A stretch of DNA of 64,000 nt from Malacoraja senta (GCA_038087875.1 CM075989.1:6572001-6636000), one strand, 5' to 3'; counted from the stretch's first letter, positions 39,531-53,183 are shown. Numbers and translations: made by a program. The notes: generated by a model not told the origin, from the sequence alone.

Positions 39531-42500
39531 TAAAGCTCGCTAGATTCCACTACTCATCTGCACACCAGGCGAAACTTACAGTGGCCAATTAATCTGTCAA
39601 CCCTGTCAGGTCATTTGCTAAGTTTAAATCGGGGATTAGTATCAGCAGCTGAACCATCCTACCAACAATTAGAGATCAATCCTGAACTACGATCTAAGTG
39701 AGTTCATGAGTGATAGGAGAAGAATTAAGCCATTTGGCCCATCAAGTCTACTCTGCCATTCAATCATGGCTGATATATCTCTCCCTCCTAACCCCATTCT
39801 CCGGCCTTCTCCCCGTAACCCCTGACACCCCTATCTACCTCATTGGAGACCCTCAGACTATCTTTGATGGGACTTTCCTGGAGTTTATCTTGCATTAAAC
39901 GTTATTCATGTTGTACCCTTCATCAAGAATCCGTATACAGTGGATGGCCCGCTTGTAATCATGTAATGTTTTTCCGCTGACTGGTTAGCACGCAACAAAA
40001 TCTATTCACTGCACTTCGGTACACGTGACAATAAACTCAACTCAACTCAAAAACTCAACTGCAAGGGATATGGGGAAAGGTAGGTGGTTAGAGTTAGATT
40101 GCAGATTCACTACAGTCTCACTGGAGTATGGATCAGTCTCAAGGAACTAAATGACCTTCTGCAGCTCCGTGACCTCTTTGTTCAAGAAGTTGGGACATTT
40201 GCTCGTTTTTAAACACAAGGAACTGAAGATCGTGGTTTACAGAAGAAGAAACAAAGTTCTGGACTAACTCAACGGGTCAGGCAACATCTCTGGAGAAATG
40301 GAACAGGTGACTTTTTCGGTCGACACCCTTCTTCAGACCAAGAGTCAGGGCGAAGGAAACTAGCGGTATGAAAAGATTCAGGATCTCTGGAGGACATGGA
40401 TAGGAGAGGGTTTTGGGTCGAGACCCATCTTCAGACTGGCCAGTTTTTTTCTTTATTGTCCACTAGAGGGCTCTGTCATAGCAGGGAAGAGAGATCCTGC
40501 AGTACTGTCCAGAGAAACTATTGGAAAGACAACCATTAATCCAAAGTCCAATGTTGAACCAAATCTTCATTAATTGCTGCTCACACCTTATCTGGAGCTT
40601 TTCTTCAATTTCTGGGTGTAATAATCTGCGAGGGTGTTACAATAGTATGGGTGATTAACACAGTGGTTGGTATGGGTGTTAGGGGCTATGGGGAGAATGG
40701 GGTTAGGAGGGAGAGATAGATTAGCTGTGACTGAATGGCGGAATAGACCTGATGGGCTGAATGGTCTAATTCTGCTCCTATCACTCATGAATTTCAGTCA
40801 GGTTGTAGATTGATTGACTAGAACTTTGCCACGGGTAGAAGTTCTGTCGTGTACAAGGGGTGGGGGGAGCTGGAATTATTTTACCTGCACAGACTGGAAA
40901 ATATTAATATGTATATGTGGCATTTATTTACACAGAAGTACCATACATGGAATCCAAAAGTTACTGAGGGATTACACAAATTGGAGTTTCTGTCCCTGGA
41001 ATTTAGAAGGTTAAATGACAACTGAATGATGTTTTTTTTTAAATGTAATTAGGCCTAATTGGATGTAGTGAGAGAACCCATTAAGGAATCCAGGAGTGGA
41101 GGCTGAATTCAAAAATAAGAAGCTTTCGTGAGACACGAAACGCTTCAACGCACATAATTCTCTGCATTAATTAAGCTGAAGAAGATATGGGAAGCACCAA
41201 TCAATCTGCTGGAGGACATCGAAGAAACTGCAGATGCTGGAATCTTGAGCAAAAGAAAAAGTGCTGGAGGAACTCAACGGGTCAGGCAGCATCCGTGGAG
41301 GGAAATGGACAGTCGATGACTCAGGTCAAGACTCTTCCTCCAGACTGAGCACCCGAATCAAACCCACATGGTCACAGAGAGAACGTTCAAACTCCACATA
41401 GACAGCACCCGAGGATGGGATCGAACCTGGATCTCTGGCACTGTGTGGCAGAAGCTCGACCAGCGGTGCCACTGTGCTGCCCTACGACTGAAGAGCAATA
41501 TGAATATAAAGAATATCCAGCACTGTTTTTGATATATATTTTCTATATATATTTTTTTGAAATATTAAACAACATATATCTCTGGGCGTTCTGATATTGG
41601 GAACAGGAGATATATCTGTTACCCTCGTTAGTTTACTCATGGAAAACTAGATATGTCCTAGAGTTCGGGCAACTGCAGTGCAACTGATCTTGGGCTGACT
41701 GCTGGAATGAAGAGGTGGAAAGATTGAGCCTATTCTCCCTGGGGCCGAGACGAATTAGAGATGATCTCACTGAAACACTCAAAGATCCTGAGCAGACTTG
41801 ACAGGGTGGATGATTCCCCCGGAGACGGACTAATCCCAGGATAACAAGGCAACGACTTAACGCTGAAACGAGGAGCAATTATGTCTGAAGAAGGGTCTCA
41901 CCCATTCCTTCTCTCCAGAGATGCTGTCTGTCCCGTTGAGTTACTCCAGCATTTTGGGTCTATCTTCAGCAATTTTCTTCTATGAGCGTAGCAAATCTTT
42001 GGAACTCTCTACCCCAGAGAACTGTGGCCCCAGATTCATTATATTGCGTTGCCTGCCTGGAAAATCGTTCATGTCGTCATTGTCACCTAACTAATGGGGG
42101 CCACGGTGGCGCAGCGGTAGAGTTGCTGCCTTACAGCACCAGAGACCTGGGTTCAATCCTAATTACAGGTGCTGTCTGCACAGAGTTTGTACATTCTCCC
42201 CGTGATCGCGTGGGTTTTCTCCGGGTGCTCGGGTCCCCTCCCACTCCAAAGATGTGCGGGTTTGTAGGTTAATTGGCCTCTGTAAATTGCCCCTAGTGTG
42301 TAGGGTAGAACCTGTGGACAGGTGATTGATGGTCAGTGTGGGCGGTGGGCTGAAGGGCCTGTTTCCATGCTGTATCCCCGAAAACCAAACCCCATCACAC
42401 AGCACACCATTGGAACATGGGAGGGACACAAAGGAAATCCACAGTGTGGGTCACAGAGAGAAGGTGGAAACTCTGCAAGGGCAGAACACACAGGCTCAAA

Positions 42501-43144
42501 CGAAACTCCGTTTCCACAGCCACACAAACAAAACAATTCCTACACGACACACAAACAGTTCAATCTACAGAAAAACATCCATCACAGTGAATCTCCTCCT
42601 CACTGTGATGGAAGGCAAAGTCTTTTCTCTCCCCTGCACCATTTTTCTCCCGATGTTGAAGCCCCAGGCGGGCAATCATGCCACCAATCTAACCATTACA
42701 TTCGCCTTGTGAGGCTGGGTGATACAATGATATAACAAGGCTTCAGAGCCTGGTGACTATGTGCAATGCTGTCCCAGAGGGCGATCTACTCTCATCCACT
42801 ATCATTGCTCCGCTCTTTTAAATCCCTGTTAGTTTAGCCTGGTGGGGAGGAGGGGGGGGGGGGGAGAAAGCTGAGAGAGAGGAGAGCAAGGACAAAGTGT
42901 AGCAGATAATTGGTGGGCACAAGCCTGTATCCACCTATTACCTCCCATGCTTTGTCCTGCCTCCCCTCTCCCCCAAGCTTTCTTTCCCATCCCCCCCCCC
43001 CCCACGTCTACAATCAGTCTGAAGAAAGATCTTAACCCGAAACGTCACCTATCCACGCTTTTCACTGTACCTCAATGTACCAATACCACTAACTGTAACC
43101 GGAATGCTTGGAAGGATCAGCTGTTACAGGTGTCAGACCCTTAC

Positions 43145-43261
43145 CTTATCCGTGCAGTCAGTGTGGCGTTAAGCTTCCACTTTGGCACCTGTGGTTCGGT
43201 GATCTCCCGATTCCCAGTCACTGGCCCTGTGCTGGATGAGATGTCTGTGATCGCTTCTCCC
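43145..43261 (-). CDS. ST8SIA2: ST8SIA2 stem-region exon, 117 bp (equivalent to human exon 3)
   Basis: tttcttcag acceptor and AG|GTAAG donor. GEAITDISSSTGPVTGNREITEPQVPKWKLNATLTARIR; the KW-x-x-N-x-TL-x-x-RIR end matches the ST8SIA2 stem exon and splices in phase to the 37837 exon. Confidence 0.85.
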
Positions 43262-43315
43262 CTGAAGAAACCACAAAGACTGATGCAAGTGCTGCCCTTT
43301 GTAACCGAACCCTTA

Positions 43316-43618
43316 TGGGCCTGTCCCACTTCTGCCACTTTTTCGGTGACTGCCGGCACCCGTCATAGGTGGCGTTGCAGGACGGCGAAAATTTTCAACA
43401 TGTTGAAAATCCAGCGGTGACCAGAAAGACGCGACAACTCTTTGGGCGACTGAGGAGACGACTCGCGACCATACAGGCGACACCCTGGCGCCCAAAGAGT
43501 CGTACCTGGTTCTGGTTGCCGCTGGATTTTCAACACGTTGACAATTTTCGGCGACCTGCAATGACCTATGACGGGTGCCGGCAGTCGCCAAAAAAGTCGG
43601 GTAAGTGGGACAGGCCCT
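43316..43618. mobile_element. PIF/Harbinger-type MITE about 54 bp upstream of an ST8SIA2 splice acceptor
   Basis: GGGCCTGTCCCACTT TIRs; TTA TSD; related to 21290. Confidence 0.85.
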
Positions 43619-45336
43619 TTACTGTAATGATGACATTTAACTGTGCGACGTAAAACTGTGATGACATTTCTCGAGAGGGACATCAGGTTAACTGAGGAAT
43701 ATCTCAACCCACGGGACATCAACGCCACGCTGAGACAATTGTACCTTCAGGGCCATAGATTACCAACAGAGCTATCCAGTAAATAAAAAGTATTAGAAAT
43801 AGATTAAGCAGTCATTATAGAATCAAGGAACTGCAGATGCTGGTTCACAAAAACTGACACAAATTGCTGGAGTAATTCAGTGGGTCAGGCAGTATCTTTG
43901 GAGAACATGAATGGGTGGCGTTTCGGGTCAGGACACTTCTTCAGACTGAGTTAGTCCAGCACTTTGTGTCTATCTTCGGTATAAACCAGCCTCTGCAGTT
44001 ATTTGCCTCCACTATAAGTAGATAGAAGCAGATTTAGGCTAGGATAGAACTAGCAGTCTATTCATAAGTGACAGGAGCAGAATTAGGCCATTTGGCCCAT
44101 CAAGTCTACTCGACCATTCAATCAAGGCTGATCTATCTTTCCCTCCTAACCCCATTCTCCTGCCTTCTCCTCATAACCCCGGACACTTGTACTAATCAAG
44201 AATCTATCTATGACTGCCTTAAAAATATCCATTGATTTGGCCTCCACAGCCCTGTGGCAAAGAATTCCACAGATTCACCACCCTCTGACTAAATACATTT
44301 CTCCTTATCTCCTTCCTAAAGAAACGTCCTTTAATTCTGAGGCTATGGCCTCTAGTCCTAGACTCTCCCACTAGTGGAAACATCCTCTCCACATCCACTC
44401 TATCCAGGCCTTTCACTATTCTCCCAGTTTCATGGCTCGTCTCAGGTGTATCAGAAACACTGTATCTCCAAACTAAACCCAAAACGTCACTTGTCCATCT
44501 CCTCGACAGATGTTGCGTGACCCACTGTGTTACTCCAGCACTTTGTGTTTTACTCCCGATTCCAGCAGCTGCAGTTCCTTGAGTCCGCTCCTAACTGTTG
44601 TTGTTCTCCTCAGCTCCCTTGCTGACGATTCCCAAGTCTGGTCTTCAGTGCCCCAAGACGAGTCAGCAGCAGTGTGGGAAGAGAGTCGACAAGGAGCAGC
44701 TGGGAGAAGAAGCAATTATTCAAACTATTTTGATGACAATTAAAACTAATTGGCATCTCGCGGTTACACCATTCTAGAGCACATTAACGGGTGCAATAGC
44801 AACCTTTCTTTGTGCTGTTTCAGTACATTTGACACTAAAGCAGCAATAAAACACAAAAAAGATGTTATGGAGGTGTACAAAATCATGAGAGGAATAGATC
44901 AGGTCGATGCACAGAGTCTCTTGCCCAGACTAGGAGAATCGTGAACCAGTGGACATAGGTTTAAGGTCAAGTCAAGTCAATTTTATTTCTCTAGCACATT
45001 TAAAAACAACTCTCGTTGACCAAAGTGCTTTACATCAGAGCAGGTACTAACATGCTACAAATGTGAGGGGGAAAGATTTAATAGGAACCCGAGGGGTAAC
45101 TTTTTTTTTAATACAAAAGGCGGTGGGTATATGGAACGAGCTGCTGGAGGAGGTAGTTGAGGCAGGGACTATCGCAACGTTTAAGAAACATTTAGACAGG
45201 TACATGGATAGGATCGGTTTAGGGGGATATGGGCCAAATGCAGGCAGGTGGGACTCGTGTAGCTGGGACATGTTGGTCGGTGTGGCCAAGTTGGGCCGAA
45301 GGGCCTGTTTCCACCCTGTGTGACACTAAGCTCTAA

Positions 45337-45653
45337 TGGGGCTGTCCCACTGTACGAGCTAATTCAAGAGCTCTCCCGAGTTTTAAAAAAAATCAAACTC
45401 GTGGTAAGCACGTAGAATGTACGTTGCGGGTACGTCGGAGCTCGGGACGTCTCTTAGCGGCTCGTAACGCTAACGGCAGGTACTCGAGAAACGCGGTAAG
45501 CTCGTGAAGACTCGTGAAGATTTTTCAACATGTTGAAAAATGTCCACGAGAGCCCCGAGTACCTACGGGCGGCCATTACCGTAATTCTCCGAGTTCGAAT
45601 CAGGGGAAACTCGGGAGAACTCTTGAATTAGCTCGTACAGTGGGACAGCCCCA
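45337..45653. mobile_element. PIF/Harbinger-type MITE
   Basis: TGGGGCTGTCCCACTGTACGAGCTAATTCAAGAG TIRs; flanks TAA/TTA. Confidence 0.8.
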
Positions 45654-48609
45654 TTAGACACTCTTGACTCTCGACTAACTGGGCTGATGTGCCTGAAAGA
45701 TGAGGCAGCGAGAGCCTGGACCTCGCACTTTCCCTGACCTTAAAAATAAAGCACGTTGTCCAAATAAAGAGTCCAATTATTCTGTCACACGCCGGGGTCG
45801 TGACTGAAACTCTCGCAGCTGGAAGAGTGGAGTTACACATCCAAATAAGGCTTTGCTACCAGTTTATCTATGAGTGTTCCACAGGGAGTCTGTCTGATTG
45901 ATGGGAGCAGGAGGTATAATTTCTGGATGAGGGGTCAGCATCAATACACATTCCCTTGCAGCTTGGGGTTTGATGGCAGTGCTTGGCGCTGGTCAGGTCA
46001 GGTCAGGTCGGGGGGGAGTTCCCCCACCACGGGTACCATGTAATCCCGTGCTACCTGCTCCATGGTCGGATAGTCAATGTCTCCCCCACCTGGTTTGCCA
46101 GGTGAGGAGGGGGCTGTGGACCCCCCCGCAGCATCAAAAACAAGACCCATCAAAGGGCGGTTGAGCTTCTAGCGATTCAACGGACATCCACACGTCAGTA
46201 GAAGTTGCGATCGCTGTCGTACACAACATTGTAAGGAACGATGATAAAGCACACACACACACACCAAAATCCTATACTTCCAGCGGCGGAAGTCCGCAGG
46301 AACTGGAGGACGGAGATGTGTGGTGCATATGTCACCGTTCCCATCGGAAACCAGCACCACGGCGTCGCTAATGTTTTGAACGATGATGAATGCTTGGCAC
46401 TGGGTAACATTCGGCACAGATCCATCGCTAGTGATGCCCAGACCCTTCTCTGGGAAGTCTGCTGCCAGCAACCATCACATAGTCAATGAGATGTCTGCAG
46501 CTTCTCAAGTAGAGTTGGTTCCCGGACAACAGCTCAAGAGCAAGAACCGCTGGCTTATAAAGATAACTCAACGCATTAGGGCAGAAGGGTGGCGCAGCGG
46601 TAGAGTTGCTGCCTTACAGCGCCAGAGACCTAGGTTTGATCCTGACTATGGGTGCTGTCTGTGCGGAGTTTATACGTTCTCCCCGTGACCAAGCAGGTTT
46701 TCTCCGGGTGCTCCAGTTTCCCCCCACACTTCAAAGACAGACAGGTTTACAGGCTAACTGGCTCAGTAAAATTGTAAATTGGCTCTAGTGTGTGTAGGAT
46801 AGTGTTTATAAAGGTTGGTTCGGATTCGGTGGGCCGAAGGGCCTGATTCCGTGTTGTATCTCTAAACCAAACTAACCATTTCTGCACAGTGACAAAGAAA
46901 GGTCAGTCAGCAAAAATTCAGTCATGTCAAGGACAATGTTATTGTCAACACGAGTGAAGAATCCAAAGACGTACAGGTTTGTAAGTTATTTGGCGTTGGT
47001 AAGTTGTACAGTTGCCCCTAGTGTGTGTAGGTTAGTGTAACGGGTTATCGCTGGCTCGGTGGGCCGAAGGGCCTGCTTCCGCACTGTATCTCTAAAATCT
47101 ATTGAGTTATATTGAAACTCCCAGTCTTGCTCGTTACTTAATAAAACTTTGAATAGACTGACCAACAACTGGAGGGCTGTCCTCAGCTACTAGCTACCTT
47201 ATTGGATACCCTCGGACTATCTATGGTCGGACTTTACTGCGCTATTCCTTTTATCCTGTATCTGTACACTGTGGACGGCTTGATTGTAATCAGTTATAGT
47301 CTTCCCACTGAATGGTTGGCACACAACAACGGTTTTTTACTGCACCTTTAGTTTAGTTTAATTTAGATATAGCGCGGAAACAGGCCCTTCGGCCCACCTG
47401 GTCCGTGCCGACCAGCGATCCCCGCACATTACCACCATCCTACACCCACTAGGGACAATTTTTACATTTACCAAGCCAATTAACCTACAAACCTGGACGT
47501 CTTTGGAGTGTGGGAGGAAACCGAAGATCTCGGAGAAAACCCACGCAGGTCACGGGGGGATACGTACAAACTCCCTACAGACAGCGCCCGTAGTCGGGAT
47601 CGAACCGGGGTCTCCGGTGCTGCATTCACTGTAAGGCAGCAACTCTACCGCTGCGCCACCGTGACCCGTCAGCCTGAAGAAGGGTCTCAACTCGAAACGT
47701 CACCCATTCCTTCTCTCCAGGGATGCTGCCTGTCCTGCTGAGTTACTCCAGCATTTTGTGTCTATTTACAAGAATGATCCCAGGTTTGAGTGGGTTAACG
47801 TATGATGAGCGTTTGATGGGTCTCTGCCTGTCTTCACTGCAGTTTAGACGGATGAGGGGGGACCTCATTGAAACTTACCGAATAGTGAAAGGCTTGGATA
47901 GAATGGATGTGGAGAGGATGTTTCCACTAGTGAGGTCATAGCCTCAGAATTAAAGGGTGTACCTTTAGAAAAGAGATGAGGAGGAATTTCTTCAGTCAGA
48001 GGGTGGTGAATCTGTGGAATTAATTGCCACGGACGGCTGTGGAAGCCTAGTCAGTGGGTATTATCAAGGTGGAGATTGATGGGGTTGAGAGGGAAAGATA
48101 GATCAGCCATGATTGAATGACAGAATAGACTTGATGGGCGGAATGGCCCAATTCTGCTCCCAGAACCTATTAGCATGCTTCCTCGGGTCCCGTAATATCA
48201 TTTGGACTGACTATGCTCCTCAACCCCCGCATCTCTCTGTTATTAGTCTGAAATAGGGTCCGGACCTAAAACGTCACCTATCCATGTTCCCCAGAGATGC
48301 TGCCTGACCTGCTGAGTTACTTCAGCATTTTGTGTTTCTCCCCAGGAGCTGTGATCACGATGTTAACCTCCCTGCCCTGATGTGAACAAGTTCAAGGAAT
48401 ATTTGTGCCAACTTTACGCAACACCTGGGGTGGCACGGTGGCGCAACGGTAGAGTTGCTGGCTCACAGCTCTTGAGGCCCGGGTTCGATCCTGACTTTGG
48501 GTGCAGTCTGTACGGAGTTTGTATGTTCTCCCCATAACCAGCATGGGTTTTCTCGGGGGGCAACACTTCAAAGACATACAGGTTTGGAGGTTAATTGGCT
48601 TCAGTATAA

Positions 48610-49048
48610 TTAGCCTGCGGATTTCACCATCGAGGAGCTCGCAGTCTCGGGTAGAGACTGATGTCGGGAAGCTCCAAAGTCGCAGGCGGTTAGACTAGCC
48701 CCGACCCAGCGTCTGATCGCCCGGCGCGGGGCAGCTGAGATCCCACCGATGCGGGAGCTTGATCGCCCCGACGCAGAGGCCCCGACTGCCGGCTACGGGA
48801 GCGAAGACTGTCCCGTCAACGGAAGGCTCGAGGCCCCTGACCGCGGGAGATGAAAGAAGGGAAGAGATTGAACTTTTTTTTCGCCTTCCATCACAGAGAG
48901 GAATGTGGAGGAGTCACTGTGGTGGATGTTTATGTTAAAATGTATTGTTGCTTTTTATTGGTATGACTGTGTGGCAAAGCAAATTCTTTGTATGTTGCAA
49001 AACATACTTGTCTAATAAAGTATGATTATGATGATTATGATTATGATA
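48610..49048 (+). mobile_element. GC-rich non-coding retroposon inserted in a V-SINE
   Basis: GC-rich body, CCATCACAG..CTGTGGTGG hairpin, AATAAA and an ATGATT-type tandem tail; related to 14561-15120/16821-16960. Confidence 0.55.
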
Positions 49049-49588
49049 AATGTAAAATTGTCCCTAGTGTGTGTAGGATAGTGTAAGTGTGCAGGGATCT
49101 CTGGTCGGCATGGACTCAGTGGGCCGAAGGGCCTGTTTCCTCGCTGTATCTCTGGTGAATAATTCCAGGGACCATGGGCTTGAGTGCATTTTCAAAGATA
49201 GTCAAACCATGGGAGAGGAGAACAAATGCAGTGGATTTTACCCACAGTGAGCCCGTCTCTCTGAGCAGAAATAGAACTGCTGTTAAAACAATGCTGGAGG
49301 CTGGGAGTGTATACACCGCACCGAGTGAATAGACTTAGCAGCTGGTGATCATTTCAGCTGTCAAAACGAGTGCTTTCCTTGGGCAACATTGAAACCGACA
49401 CCTCAGTCAGGCTAGCTGCTGGCGACAATGGTTACACCGTGCTCATCACTCCTCTTCTCTCTCCGAGATTCCTCACGCTCTCAGCATTTGGGCAATCTTC
49501 AGTTTAGTTTAGAGATACAGGCCTTTCTGCCCACCAGCACCGCGCCGACCAGCAATCCCCGCACACTAACACTATCCTACACACACAG

Positions 49589-49788
49589 NNNNNNNNNNNN
49601 NNNNNNNNNNNNNNNNNNNNNNNNNNNNNNNNNNNNNNNNNNNNNNNNNNNNNNNNNNNNNNNNNNNNNNNNNNNNNNNNNNNNNNNNNNNNNNNNNNNN
49701 NNNNNNNNNNNNNNNNNNNNNNNNNNNNNNNNNNNNNNNNNNNNNNNNNNNNNNNNNNNNNNNNNNNNNNNNNNNNNNNNNNNNNNNN
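49589..49788. other. Assembly gap of exactly 200 N
   Basis: Run of N. The left flank ends inside a SINE and the right flank starts inside a Harbinger-type MITE. Confidence 0.99.
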
Positions 49789-49891
49789 AGCCCCGAGTAC
49801 CTACGAGCGGCTATTACCGTAATTCTCCGAGTTCGAATCGCGGGAAACTCGGGAGAACTCTTGAATTAGCTCGTACAGTGGGACAGCCTCA
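49789..49891. mobile_element. Harbinger-type MITE truncated by the gap
   Basis: Nearly identical to 45551-45653; ends GTGGGACAGCCTCA then TTA. Confidence 0.8.
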
Positions 49892-51054
49892 TTACCCAAC
49901 CTCATGTCCTGCACACCTCCCCTTCTCCACCAGTGAACCCACTCCCTCTACACTACCCTTGCCAACCAGTAAACCCTTCCCAATGTCAACCAAAAAACCA
50001 CCCCATCCGCAACAGTAAACCCTCTGCCTGTCCCTCTTCCAGCAGATGCGAGATCAGTAAACCTGGTCCCTCTACATCAACGCTTACACACCACTAAACC
50101 ACCAGATAACCCGCTCCCCTGCACCATCACCGCCCACATTCCTGAACAGAGATCTCTTGGCTTTGATGCTCATTCCCCACTGGAATGAGCGGGAAAAGGA
50201 TTTCCCATCCTCACAAATGTTATATATCTTGTCATTATTTTATTTTATTTTAACTACCACTCCGACCTGCTCAAAGGTTCATCTATTATCACGTGTACCA
50301 AGGTACAGTAAAATAGTTTTTTTCCATACGGATCAGTAGGATTACTGGACAATCCCTCATTAAGTACAGAATGCAACGAAACAGCCCACGGAGTCCACAT
50401 GCAAGGCTTGTTCTCAAAGTCCCAGCTACAGCTGGCCACAAAGGTCCATTGCAGCCGCCGTCTCCATCCTGTTCGTCCTACGCGAGGGGAAGGACCATCG
50501 TCCTTCCCCTCACGTAGCCACCTTCATGCCCCGGGGACGCATACTGCAGCTGACCTTGAAGTTGTGACCCCCCCCCCCACCGAATCTTCTTACCGACCAC
50601 TTTATCCAGCATCCGCCACCATTGCCAACATCCTCCTCCCCCCCCCCCCACCCCCAACCATCGTCTCCAGTTTCCCGTCTTCGAGGGCAAGCAGGAGACG
50701 CTCCCACTCCAGGCTTCTTCCCAGTTCCCAAGTTCCAGCGGGTTTCCAACCTGCTGCGGGCAACACCTTGACTTTTCTCACAGTCGAACAGGAATTTTCC
50801 CCTCTCATCCCTTCTGCCATCGTTCAGTAAGCAGCGCCCTTATGACTGAGTCGAGAGGTAGAGGGTTCAATGCCCGCCCCAGAGCTTTGGTCACAATGTC
50901 AACTCTGGGGGGAGTGGAGTGGAAAGACAACAAGCCCTGCTTAGTTTCCGTAGGGTTTGCCCAATAAATCTCAACCCAACAAAGACTAATTTTGTGTCAA
51001 AACTGTTGATGGGATCTTTCTATGTGGAGGTTAGCCATCACATTTGCTTCACTA

Positions 51055-51269
51055 AGGTAGACACAAAAAGCTGGAGTAACTCAGCGGGACAGGCAGCATC
51101 TCTGGAGAGAAGGAATGGGTGACGTTTCGGGTCGTGACGGGTCTGAAGAAGGGTCTTGACCCGAAACGTCACCCATTCCTTCTCTCCAGAGATGCTGCCC
51201 TGCCCGCTGAGTTACACCAGCTTTTTGAGTCTATCTTCGATTTAAACCAGCACCTGCAGTTCCTTCCTA
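51055..51269. mobile_element. Palindromic Penelope terminal-repeat unit with a hammerhead core
   Basis: Inverted arms around 51135. Flanked by CACATTTGCTTCACTA (51039-51054) and CACATTAACTTCACTA (51270-51285). Confidence 0.7.
51139..51174 (+). ncRNA. Minimal type-I hammerhead ribozyme motif (dimer-type stem III)
   Basis: GGGU-CUGAAGA-A-GGGUCUUGACCC-GAAA-CGUC-ACCC: stem I GGGU/ACCC, intact CUGANGA and GAAA core, stem II, palindromic ACGU stem III and a GUC cleavage triplet. Confidence 0.65.
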
Positions 51270-51545
51270 CACATTAACTTCACTACTTCAGTCAAAAGTG
51301 TTTAATTGTCATGTGCACCGGGACCAGAACAATGGAAGTAGTTAGTTAATAGAAGTAACCTTTCAGGTTCAGGCAGCGTCTGGGGCAATTGAAACAGGGT
51401 TAGTATTTTGACCTGAAACATCAGCTGTTTCTCTCTCCACACCTGCTGAGTGTTTCAAGGATCCCCTGGTTTTATTTCGTCTTTTCGGCGTCTGCGGTGC
51501 TACTGTGTTGGTTTTCTCACTGCTGTGGTCTGGCTTGTGTTTCAG

Positions 51546-51710
51546 TGATTCCCAAGGTGACCAAGCACTTGCTGTCCAACCCGGTCTTCACCTGCATTGT
51601 TCTTGCCGCCTGTATGGAGATCGCGGTGGTCGCTGGATTTGCAGCCTTCCTGGGCAAATACCTTGAGCAGCAGTTCAACCTCTCTTCTTCCTCCGCCAAC
51701 CAGCTACTGG
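51546..51710 (+). CDS. SLCO3A1: SLCO3A1 (OATP3A1) internal exon, 165 bp
   Basis: tttcag acceptor and GTGAGT donor. VIPKVTKHLLSNPVFTCIVLAACMEIAVVAGFAAFLGKYLEQQFNLSSSSANQLLG is nearly identical to the mammalian OATP3A1 sequence as I recall it. Confidence 0.95.
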
Positions 51711-52141
51711 GTGAGTCGGCTCGCCGGTGGTGCCAGGGTTAACGCTAATGTGGTTTAGTTTAGAGATACAGCGCGGAAACAGGTCCCTCGGCCCACCGAG
51801 TCAGCCTCAACCAGCAAACCTCCCCACACTAACACTATCCTACACACACGAAGGACAATTTTTTATTTGATCAAGCCTGTTCGTCTTTGGAGTGTGGAAG
51901 GAAACCGGAGATCCCGGAGAAATCCCTCGCAGGTCACCGGGAGAACGTACAAACTCCGTACAGGCAACATCCGTAGTCAGGATCGAACCTGGGTCTGCGG
52001 TGCTGTAAGGCAGCAACTCTACCGCTGCGCCACCTGTGTTAAGCCATAGGGTTAACCTGATCTATCCGTTGTGTTGGAGAGCTGCTTGAATGGAAAATAA
52101 AGACCTATTCTTACCACAGTTAATCCCACTGCTTTATAATT

Positions 52142-53183
52142 TAGCAATGTTACACAATTTTGAGATTTAAAAAATAAAGTCTGCAATTTATCCCATCAGA
52201 TAAAGCATAAAAAGAAGTTTAATTTGACACTTAATTCACTTTCATATCTTCAGTATTAAAAAAGTTATGGCCATTATCATACTCAGAAATTAGCATCTAG
52301 TTCCCTATTGCTTTTCCATTGACTTAACACAAAAGCTGTGATCGAGGACAGTTAAAAGCCCATAACTTTCTTAAAAATTATGATAACTGAAAGAAATTTT
52401 CAGTTATTATAGATTGAAGCATTCTGAAACAAATATGAAACAATCTTACTTCGAAGACATGAAAGTAAAGCATATAATTAGTTAGTTACCTAATTGTAGC
52501 TAATTACAAAATTCAATTACTAGATCTAAACATCTATCAATTTCTTAAGAATAGATTAACATTTTTAAATAGCCTAAGTGTCCAAATAACATTCACACAA
52601 TAATTCACAATATAACATAATTTTTAAATCTAATTTTCATGAATTTACAGGCCAAATGGAAGGAATTGAATGTTTAATACCTGTAAATTAATGGGCATTT
52701 AATTCATCTTGTGAGTGAGGTTTTCTGGAACGCGATCTTTTGGAACGTTCATTTGCGGTGAATTTAACCCCGTATTGGCATGAAAAATACTGCCGTTAAT
52801 TCGGGGAATAAAATCACCGTGTCGCTTGACAAAATGTGAATTAAAGGCTTCTTAGGAAGCACTTTTATACATTTAAAGAAAGCACTTTCGTTTACCTGTC
52901 CCATGCGTGAAATCCGTCCCCGTTATCGGCGTTGACGCTTCAGGAGCTGATTTTAAAATTATTGTAGCGCTGACATTGACGATTTAATAAAAATAAAAAA
53001 TACACAAATCGCCACTAGGAACGATTCATCAGCCAACGCTTGTACTCCAACAAAATATTAACTAGGACAAGGGAGTAGAAACCCGCGTTTTAACCCCGCC
53101 CCCCCCTTAAAGGCGCCAAAATCGTGCACACGGCCAGTGGCAGAATTACAGCGCGACTGAAGGTAAGTTTTGTAACATACCTA
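52142..53183 (+). mobile_element. Second copy of the 1.04-kb TAG...CTA element, in an SLCO3A1 intron
   Basis: TAGCAATGTTACA...TGTAACATACCTA; exact 7-bp TSD TATAATT. Confidence 0.8.

Noticed and set aside
27906..43261. Calling the sialyltransferase ST8SIA4
   Set aside because: The 294-bp exon sequence, the C-terminal residues and linkage to SLCO3A1 favour ST8SIA2.
49116..49316. Hydrophobic minus-strand ORF as ST8SIA2 exon 1
   Set aside because: No in-frame ATG, no resemblance to the ST8SIA2 N-terminus (..LIFADISEIEEE..), and it runs into a SINE tail.
49428..50018. 196-aa ORF
   Set aside because: Artefact of reading through the N gap; the flanks are SINE and MITE sequence.
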